DNA from: Kiritimatiellia bacterium
GTDB lineage: Bacteria > Verrucomicrobiota > Kiritimatiellia > RFP12 > UBA1067
DNA length: 36,985 bases
Direction of reading: 5' to 3'
NCBI GenBank assembly: GCA_035450385.1
Contig: DAOTMQ010000003.1
Span: forward strand, 1-36,985
Both the position numbers and the translations under genes were made by a program. The notes under the pieces are model-generated. The model saw only the letters and a list, made by a program, of their open reading frames with translations, was not told the DNA's origin and made no database searches. Below, in pieces: positions 6,680-14,500 of the stretch. Every line of letters starts with the position of its first letter. Position 1 is the first letter of the stretch.

Positions 6680-6915
6680 GGCGAAATGATCTGAAGTGCG
6701 GCGGCGAGCGGTATTCCGCGCGACGCCGCTTTTGAGCAGGAGTGGGGAGTGTTTCCGTGCGTAACGCAGAGAAAAAGCGGTGCCGCGACCCGCGCACAGC
6801 GCGGCTCGTGTCTCCAGATTTCGTAAGCCGACACTTGCCTGGCGCCATCGCGCCGCGCGTGCACAATAATCATGTCCAAACACCGCCTCCCCCTTTTCAC
6901 CAGAAGCGCATGATC
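6680..6915 (+). repeat. Repeat module R, copy 1 (short form without the 9-mer array)
   Basis: This copy is collinear with 16206-16580 except for an internal segment of about 135 nt that is absent here. It contains the invariant 34-mer AAAGCGGTGCCGCGACCCGCGCACAGCGCGGCTC at 6774-6807. On the minus strand the core folds as GUGCGCG-ggu-CGCG(G)CAC followed by CGCUUUUUC. That resembles a terminator about 130 nt after the shc stop. Confidence 0.85.
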
Positions 6916-6932
6916 CCCGCACATCCCTGTCA

Positions 6933-8747
6933 TCAACTGATTACTGACGACAACGCATCCAGCGGCCACACCAGCGGATAGAGCTTTTCGTGATACCAGA
7001 GCAACGAAAAATAAAGTCCGATGGGTGACGGCCGGTAGCCCTCGCCACGCCCACTAGCCACCAGCCAGGCTTGGCCACGACGCGCTGCATTAAAACAAGC
7101 GTCCGAGCCGCCAGCCAGCGCGATCACGGCCAAAGCCGTTTCCTCAGCCGTGGCGGTCGTGCCCGCGCTCCAGCCGTCGTCTGGCTGCTGCGCCTCTATC
7201 AACCAACGTTCTCCTGCAGACAGCATCGCTTCCACCTCGGTCGCCATCCCGGCCGCGGTCAGCAATCGCCGCGCGGCACGCAGCGCATCCACCACCCGCG
7301 CCGTCCCTACCACCGGATTTCTGCCTTGCGCCGCCTCTTGGTTGCCGAACCAGAGCGCTATCCAGCAGCCCGTTGCATGCTGTTCGCGTTTGAGGTATTC
7401 CGCGACACGCTGCATCGCCATATCGAGACGACGCTTTTCGTCCAGCGTCCAGATGTCGTCATCCCGCCACGCCGCCCATGCCGCCAATGCGTGCGCGCTG
7501 ATGTCAGGACAACTCCGGTCGAATGGCAGATGCCCCCAACCGCGACAGAAGGTCGGCAGACCGCCGTCACGGTTCTGCAACCCGAGCAACCAGCCCACAC
7601 CGGCGCGAACGGCGGGAATCACCTCGGCCACACATCCCGCCTGTTGCAGGCGTTTCAACGCCACCAACGCTCCGGAGGTGTCATCGGCATCGGGAACGCC
7701 GCCCGGCAGATCGGTCCATGCCCACCCCCCCGGTGCCGCGCCAGTAAAAGGATGACGGCGCTTGAGTTGAACCGATATCAGCCAGTCGGCAATCCGTTCC
7801 AGTTCCGCGCGTGGCACCAGCGTGTCGCCGTTCGGCAACCATGAACGTGCCGCGACAACGCCACGCGTCGCCAGCGACGTCACCCATGTGCGGAGGTTGG
7901 AGTCGATCGCCCAACTGCCATCCGTCCGTACCGACTGACGCAAAAACGCATACCCTTTTTGCGCGACCGCACAGTCGCCAAAACCGGCGTGCTGCAATGC
8001 GAGGCAGACGAATGCGGTCAGCGGAATTGCATCGAGGAAGCCGCCGTGCGACGGCTGCAACGTTTCAAGCCGTCGCAGCAACGCGCCAGCCAGCCAACGC
8101 CAGCCAGGCCGCCGACCGCGCACACGCGCCACACAAATGTGACGGCACAGGCCCACCGCGATCAACGCCGGCAACGCATAGCTGACCACCTGCAAGCGGA
8201 AGAAGCGGTAGAGCCCTTGCGGCAACAAAGCCAGCACAAAGGGAAGCGGCGGAACGTGCAACCACGCCTCCTCCTTATCGTCGCACATAGCGAGAAATGC
8301 CAAGATCGGTACGGCGAAGGTCCGGTCGTCGCCGTACACCTCACCCAAAGCCTGCGCGATCCGCTCCGGCGTCGCGACTCCTTTCAGACGCGCGGCAAGC
8401 CAAGCGTCGGCCTGTGCCATAACGGCCTCGCACACCTTTCCGCTGATCAAACCGCGCCGCGCCAACGCACGCAGGGCGGCAAGGCTGATCAGGCTCGTGC
8501 TGAGGTTGGAGGGGCTCGCCGACGTGTCCCCCCAGCCGCCGTCCGGATTGGCGTGGGCAACCAGCCACGCTGCTCCGTCGGCCGCCAGACGGTTGTGGGC
8601 CTCGTCCTCACCTGCCAACGCGATAGCGGCAAGCGCGGTCGAGAGCGCACTCGATGCCAACTCGCCGCTCCATACGCCGGTATCCGTATCACGCAAGTCC
8701 ATCAAGCGCGTCAACAATGTTTCACAAAACTGTACGCGGGAATTCAT
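6933..8747 (-). CDS. shc: Squalene-hopene cyclase family class II terpene cyclase
   Basis: This is a 604-aa ORF. It has a DxDD-type catalytic motif, VPDADDTSGA. Several QW-type repeats are present: NPDGGWGD, RTDGSWAI, LQNRDGGLP and QQPDDGWS. The C-terminus PIGLYFSLLWYHEKLYPLVWPLDAL resembles the SHC C-terminus. There is no signal peptide. The start lies 11 nt after the upstream stop. Confidence 0.8.
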   Translation of the reverse strand: MNSRVQFCETLLTRLMDLRDTDTGVWSGELASSALSTALAAIALAGEDEAHNRLAADGAAWLVAHANPDGGWGDTSASPSNLSTSLISLAALRALARRGLISGKVCEAVMAQADAWLAARLKGVATPERIAQALGEVYGDDRTFAVPILAFLAMCDDKEEAWLHVPPLPFVLALLPQGLYRFFRLQVVSYALPALIAVGLCRHICVARVRGRRPGWRWLAGALLRRLETLQPSHGGFLDAIPLTAFVCLALQHAGFGDCAVAQKGYAFLRQSVRTDGSWAIDSNLRTWVTSLATRGVVAARSWLPNGDTLVPRAELERIADWLISVQLKRRHPFTGAAPGGWAWTDLPGGVPDADDTSGALVALKRLQQAGCVAEVIPAVRAGVGWLLGLQNRDGGLPTFCRGWGHLPFDRSCPDISAHALAAWAAWRDDDIWTLDEKRRLDMAMQRVAEYLKREQHATGCWIALWFGNQEAAQGRNPVVGTARVVDALRAARRLLTAAGMATEVEAMLSAGERWLIEAQQPDDGWSAGTTATAEETALAVIALAGGSDACFNAARRGQAWLVASGRGEGYRPSPIGLYFSLLWYHEKLYPLVWPLDALSSVIS

Positions 8748-8758
8748 GGCGATGCCTC

Positions 8759-11278
8759 TTACAGATCCCGCAGCATCGCGCTATCGGGACTGCCACCTGC
8801 GAGATAACCGCCCGACTTGCCTGACTCATCGGAGGTCCAGAATGAATAGAGCTTCGCGCCACCCGATGCCGTGAAGGTAAGCGTGAACGGCTTGCGCGGT
8901 TCCAGCGCGCCGACCTCTAGCCGCGTCGAATCGACGTTGGCCAAGCGCTTCTCCCCGAAGGTCTTGCCGTCCTGCGCGACACGGATGACAAGTTCGCCGG
9001 CTTTTACATCGGCATTGATAAAGAGCCGGTCGCCTTTTGTAAAAAAGAGAGGACGCGTAACAACGGTGCCGTCCTGAAGCGAACAGAAGCCATCGCGGCG
9101 CAGCGTCGCAAAGCCCATCGCTCCGTTCGCATACATACCGCTGGTGAGGACGTTCTGTTGGCCGTCATCCGCCTTCGCTTTGTCGCCCGCAAAGCCCGTG
9201 TAGTAAAAGCGGATCTCGTCCCCGACAATCAGGCAAACGCCCGAATTGGAGCGGAGGTATCCCATGTCCCAGTCGCCGTAGCGGCGTGTCTGATCGATGA
9301 AGGCATTGTCGACCCCCTCACCCGTTTTCGGGAATTGCCACGTCCAGATGTTGTTCGGATGCGCGTAGCCAAAGCGCAGGAATGTGGACTTCGGCAACCC
9401 CTGTTTCGACCAGTGTTCATTCTGCGGCTGTTTCATCACCTGCATGAGGCCGATCATCACCGACTCGTATGCAATGCAGTCCATGTTGTAGAGTTCATAG
9501 CCGCTCTTTTTCCAGCCGCCGCCGACGGCATCCTTAAGCCAACGGCTCTTCCGCGGTAGTGCGCGCGCCCCAGCGATGAAATCGGCGTCAAATGCGAGGT
9601 CACGCAGGCGTCCCTCTTCTTCGTTCCAACCGCGTGAAGAGAAACACCACTGGCGCTTGAAGGGATTGTAGAAGATCGAGGTCGCGTCACCCGTGCCGGC
9701 AGTCGGCACAGGCGGAGTCCATGTCACCCCGTCCTTTGAAAGGCGCACCTCGCCCCCGATGTCCTTCCGGCAGACTGTGAGATAGGCTTTGAAACGGTAA
9801 CCGTCGTTTGCGACCGGATCCATCACCACGCTTGACTGGTCACGTGTGCCGTCGCAGCGCAGGACGAGGTTTCCGCCATCCGGATTGAGCTTCGGCCGCT
9901 CCCACGATAGACCGTCTTTGGATATTGCGTAAGCGATGCCCGGTGCCCAGCCGGCATTGTAATAGCACTTGAAGAGCCTGTCCGTCCCGTCGTACCAAAC
10001 ACCGCCCACAAAAGGACATGCCAGCGCGTTCGTCTGCTTCTTGCCGCCGCGCTCAAGCTCGGTCTCGGGCTTGAGGACGGGATTCAGGGGTGACTTCTGC
10101 GGACGGTACCATGTGCGCGTCATCGAATTCGTCACGAGCAGCCGGTCGTCGAGGAACAGTTGTCGCCCCAGATCCACATCCAGCGGCTGCACGGTCGGTT
10201 CACTCCCGCGCGGTGCGGAGGGATCACCGCCGAAGTGGCGATAGATATTGCTGTCACCCCACCGGATCTTTGCGTCGGGGGCGCCTGAATAGAGCTTCGT
10301 CTCCGGCGTGTCTTTTTGAAAAACACAACCGTCGCACCAGATCGTCCCCCTATCCTGCCGGAGAATCGTCACCCTCTTCAGTTTGAAGCCGGTGTTATTG
10401 AAGTAACGACACCCGAAGAGACGCTCCTCCCAGCCATTCACCCAAAATCCGATCTCGCCCGTGTCGGCATAGCAGTCGCGCAGGGTTTCGCCCGACGAGT
10501 CGATGCGGAAGCAGACGGACTCCTTGAGCATCTCCGGAAGTTCGCCTGCCCGCGCGGGCTTGATCGGTCCGCCCCACACATGGATGCGCGTCAGGACGTT
10601 CGCGCCGCGTCCCGCGAAATGGACGCCCGTCGTGTAGTCGACGACGACGATATCCGTGTAGTGGCTGTCGCCGCCGTAGGTGTAAAGACCGACGTTACCC
10701 GCAAGACCGCTGATCAGCGTCTTAAAGTAGAGGTTGCGGGCGATCATCTCGTAACCGCGTCCCGTCGTCTCGATGCCGACGCCATACCGCTTACCGTTCA
10801 GGAATGTCGCGTTCTCCAGCGTGAAGTGGCGGTAGTTGTCAATCGCAAGACAGGAGGCCTTGCCATCCGCATCGAGCGTGCCGCCGATGTAGCGCAAATT
10901 GTAGCGCTCGGCATTCACATCCTGCGGCGCGATTCGTGGATTAAACTGCCATATCGCATCGATCTTGATCATCCAATCCATCTTGGCGACGGCCTTCACA
11001 TAAGCCCCCGCGCTCATCTCAATGGAGCAGAGGTTCGTCACGAAAACGGTTTGCGCCAAGGTGTAGTCACCTCCCGGCACGGTGAGGACGCCGCCACCGT
11101 AGCAGGCATCCACCGCCCGCTGGAAGCGCGGCGCATCATCTGTCTCGCCCGCAAGGCGCGGAAACTCTGTAAGCGTATGATCCGAAACAGCAAACGCAGC
11201 AGACGCCGCACACACAGCGACGGTAACCAATATCATCTTCATAAGCCACTGGCGTTCCATTCCCGAATCGAATTTCAT
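8759..11278 (-). CDS. Exported two-domain glycoside-hydrolase-like protein (N-terminal pectate-lyase-fold beta-helix plus C-terminal beta-propeller-like module)
   Basis: ORF 8759..11368 is trimmed to the ATG at 11278 (MKFDSGMERQWLMKMILVTVAVCAASAAFA, a signal peptide). FQRAVDACYGGGVLTVPGGDYTL is typical of the Pectate_lyase_3 / beta-helix N-cap. The later blocks NPVLKPETELE...FVGGVWYDGTDRLFKCYY...AYAISKDGLSWERP and ...GFATLRRDGFCSL resemble GH32/43-clan propeller plus beta-sandwich proteins. Confidence 0.75.
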   Translation of the reverse strand: MKFDSGMERQWLMKMILVTVAVCAASAAFAVSDHTLTEFPRLAGETDDAPRFQRAVDACYGGGVLTVPGGDYTLAQTVFVTNLCSIEMSAGAYVKAVAKMDWMIKIDAIWQFNPRIAPQDVNAERYNLRYIGGTLDADGKASCLAIDNYRHFTLENATFLNGKRYGVGIETTGRGYEMIARNLYFKTLISGLAGNVGLYTYGGDSHYTDIVVVDYTTGVHFAGRGANVLTRIHVWGGPIKPARAGELPEMLKESVCFRIDSSGETLRDCYADTGEIGFWVNGWEERLFGCRYFNNTGFKLKRVTILRQDRGTIWCDGCVFQKDTPETKLYSGAPDAKIRWGDSNIYRHFGGDPSAPRGSEPTVQPLDVDLGRQLFLDDRLLVTNSMTRTWYRPQKSPLNPVLKPETELERGGKKQTNALACPFVGGVWYDGTDRLFKCYYNAGWAPGIAYAISKDGLSWERPKLNPDGGNLVLRCDGTRDQSSVVMDPVANDGYRFKAYLTVCRKDIGGEVRLSKDGVTWTPPVPTAGTGDATSIFYNPFKRQWCFSSRGWNEEEGRLRDLAFDADFIAGARALPRKSRWLKDAVGGGWKKSGYELYNMDCIAYESVMIGLMQVMKQPQNEHWSKQGLPKSTFLRFGYAHPNNIWTWQFPKTGEGVDNAFIDQTRRYGDWDMGYLRSNSGVCLIVGDEIRFYYTGFAGDKAKADDGQQNVLTSGMYANGAMGFATLRRDGFCSLQDGTVVTRPLFFTKGDRLFINADVKAGELVIRVAQDGKTFGEKRLANVDSTRLEVGALEPRKPFTLTFTASGGAKLYSFWTSDESGKSGGYLAGGSPDSAMLRDL

Positions 11279-11282
11279 ACCC

Positions 11283-11414
11283 TCACCTGATGATAATGGA
11301 AAGCCCTGGAGAAGGAACAATCCAGCCGTTCTCGCCGACGGTGATGTCACCGGCAAGATCCACCCCACCCGAAAGCGTCAGGTCTCCCTGAAACTGTGCC
11401 TTGATTTTCTTCAC
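11283..11414 (-). CDS. Possible 43-aa ORF in the gap between the giant LamG gene and the GH-like gene
   Basis: ORF 11283..11480 has no in-frame ATG. A GTG at 11414 is preceded by GAGGGA with a 6-nt spacer. The stop lies 4 nt upstream of the next start. Support is weak and this may be non-coding. Confidence 0.2.
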   Translation of the reverse strand: MKKIKAQFQGDLTLSGGVDLAGDITVGENGWIVPSPGLSIIIR

Positions 11415-11500
11415 GCCGTATCCCTCTTGATGCCCCTCGAATTCGTCGTGCTTGTTGAGCCGTAAGGCACTAACAACCAACTCCGTGCTGCACGCGGATG

Positions 11501-14500
11501 CTATCGCAACATGAAGAACGTGCCGAAGTGGTGGTAGCTGGTGAACGAAGCGTTCTCCGCCTGCGTCAGGTAGGCGGCGCGTATCCAGTCCGCACTCCGC
11601 GCGGCCGTTGAGAGACGGAGTTCATCCAACGCTCCCGCAAGGGTTTTCAAGGTGTCGGACGTATCCGCATCGTGACCGAATGTCAGCGCCTGCCCGGTCG
11701 GCATCCCGCTCCCCTGCACGCCCGGTGCCGTGTCGAGCGGCAGGCCGTTGCCGTAAACCTGCACGGCCTGGCTGGCCGGATCCACGACAACCGTGTAGTG
11801 CGTCCAGGCGCCGCTACCACCGATCAGCGGGGCGGCGTCCGTAGCGGCGACACGGAGCTTACCTGCGGCGTTGTTGAGCGCGACGTACGGCGCACCGGAG
11901 GTTCCGGCGATCACCGTGGCAAGGTTCGCCGACGACTCGGGTTGCAGCGCCCAAAAGGAGAGCGTCGACGGCGTGGCGGGCGCGGTACGGCTTCTGCCGA
12001 ACTGCGACGCCGCATCCCACGCCAGACCTTCCGTGGTCCATGCCGGAACGGCGCGCGCTTCGTCGACGCCCAGCAGCACCGCGCCGTTCTGCGCGGGCGA
12101 AGCGTCGGCGAGCAGCAACCGCGAGGTGTCGGTCAGGTGCCAGACACCGGCGTAACCCTCCGACCACACCTGCGCGTTGTTGCGGTTGATGGGAATTGCA
12201 TAGCGGTCCGCGAGGTAGGCCTCCACGCGCTGGCGTTCGTGGTCGGAAAGGATACGGTTGTAGACCATGACCTCGGCGAGGTCGCCGTCCATCGGCTGCA
12301 AGAGCGCGCCGTCCCCGTAACCCGCGCCAAAAATGATCACCCGGTTTTCGACACCTCCACTCCCGGCCCAGTTGCCTGACGGCGTAGCGTTCTGCGTGAG
12401 ATTCACGCCGTTGACGTAGAAGCTGGAGGAGAGTTCGTTGCAGCGCAATGTAGCGATCAGCGGTTGATGGGGCGGGCAAGGCAGGAGTTGCGAAACGGTA
12501 CCGCCCGCGCGCCGCATGAGGATACCGTTCGTGATGCCGAGGCGGCTGACACCGCCGTATCCCTGCATGATCACGCGCTCCGTCAGGCCGGTGGTGTTCG
12601 GCGCGAAGACAGCGAAGGCCGTGTAAGCCTCGCCGATCGGCGCGACGGAACTCCGGAGGGCGTCATACTGGTCGGGCACCGCGTCAAAGCGCAGCGCGGG
12701 CTTCCCATTGATGGCCGACGCAACTTTTTCAGGCATGCGATCGGTCGTACTTTGCGTGGCGTGCATGCCAGATACGGAAGTTTGGTTGTCCGCTCTGGAC
12801 ACGCGCGGCACGCCGTTGTCCAGCACATCGGCATTCACCATGTCGGCCCGCAGCCATTGTTGCAACCCGAACTCGGGCACGAAGTGGGCAGAAAGCCCGT
12901 CGTATTTCTCTGCCAAATAGCGCTCCACCCGTTGGCGCTCAGCGAGAGAGAGCGCACGGTCGTAAGCGATGACCTCCAGTATATCACCGTCCCATCCGTC
13001 GCCCCCATGTCCGCTCACCCCGAGCCCGAGGTTGCCGAACGCACCCGCGACGGCAACCGTCGGGAAGGCGAAGCCATTAAGCGCAAAGTAGGAGTGAGTG
13101 CCGTCGGCCACGATCGTGCCGACAAACGGGGCGCCGAGCGTGGCGCGCGTGCTCGATATTGCGAGGGACTGATAGCCGCCAGCGTGGGTGCCTGCCTGAA
13201 AAGTGTTGTCGGGCTGCACGGCGATGGCGGCGTTATAGCCGGTAGCCCCCTTGACAATGCGCCGCCAAGAACTGCCGGGGGCGACTTCCCTGCGGTGCGT
13301 GCCGGCGACGATCACGGTGTAGGCGGAACCCCCCTGAGTGTTCCATCCAGTGACCATGCCGTCCATGGTACCCGTCACTTCAAAGCGCGCGGCGGGCAGG
13401 CCGTTGACGGCGTTGGCTACCCAGCGCGGCTGCGCGGCGGCATTGCTTTGCGTAGCGTGACGGTCGTTTCCGGAAAGATCCGGCCAGGTGGCGATGGAAG
13501 CACCATCCGCCGTGAAGCTCGCGGCCGCGTCGAGCCAGAGTGCGCAGTTGGGCAGGTCGGTCGGTTGGAAGGTGGCTTTGAGCGGTGCGAAAGCGGTGTT
13601 GCCCCAGTGCGCGGTGATCTCTGTGCCCCGCGTCAGGCGCGGCAGTTTGACCCACACGCAAGACTCGCCGTTGATCTCCCAGCGCTCGATCTCGTGCTGC
13701 AAGCGCGTGCCGTCTGCGTCGGTGAAAAGCAGGTCGGCGCCGTTCGGGTCGCACTCGCCGTAATGGAACCGATCGCCCGTGCCCTCTGTCAATTTGATCA
13801 GGACGGGGAAATTGGTGAGGACGGAGGTGCCGGTGTACCCCGGAAAGCGGATCTTCATGCTGTGTTGCCAGGCGTCGGCAGAAAAGGCGGGCTCCTTGAC
13901 AAGCAGCACCGACGAGCCCTCGCGCACGGCGCGATAGGCGCAGGGGGCGATGATCTCCCACTCAGAAAGATCCTGCGCGCCGATCAGCGCGGTCGCATCG
14001 ATGATGCGCAGGGATTCGGGGCAGTCGGCGGCGGAAGCCGCCTGGACTTCCACCGTCAGGAAGGCAGGCAACGGGAGGGTGGCATTGACACGGATGCTGT
14101 CATTGGTCTGCAGGGTGGTCTGTATGACGAGCCGTACGCCGGAGAGTCCCGCTCCGATATCGTAGGTGAGGCAACCGATACCGCCGTTTTCGTCGGGATC
14201 GCCAGGCGAGATGATGGCGCCTTCATACTGGAGGATCGCGCTGGCTGAGGTGACGACCCCGTTACCGCCGAGCGTGGCGCCGGTCCTGACGCGAACGGGG
14301 CCTTGACCGAGCCCGCCGACGCCTGTCAGGAGCACCGTGCCGCCTTCCAGCGTGAACCCCCCGGTAAAGGTGTTGGACTGGTTAAAACGCCAGACGCCGC
14401 TCTTGACGGTAACCGCGAGGCGGTTCTGGCCTAACGGGGAATCGCTGAGAGTCGATTCGATGAGATTGGTACCACGCGAGGTTCCGCCTAGTTCCAGCGT

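Noticed and set aside
12464-14248. A 594-aa + strand ORF
   Set aside because: It is entirely antisense to the giant LamG gene, whose domains are recognisable. Its Arg/Gly/Ala/Asp-rich composition is typical of antisense frames in GC-rich DNA. The same reasoning applies to 10316..11290, 7071..7844, 7959..8807, 11672..12379, 28006..29061, 29121..30158, 30232..31377, 32282..32809, 33020..33583 and 33617..34663.
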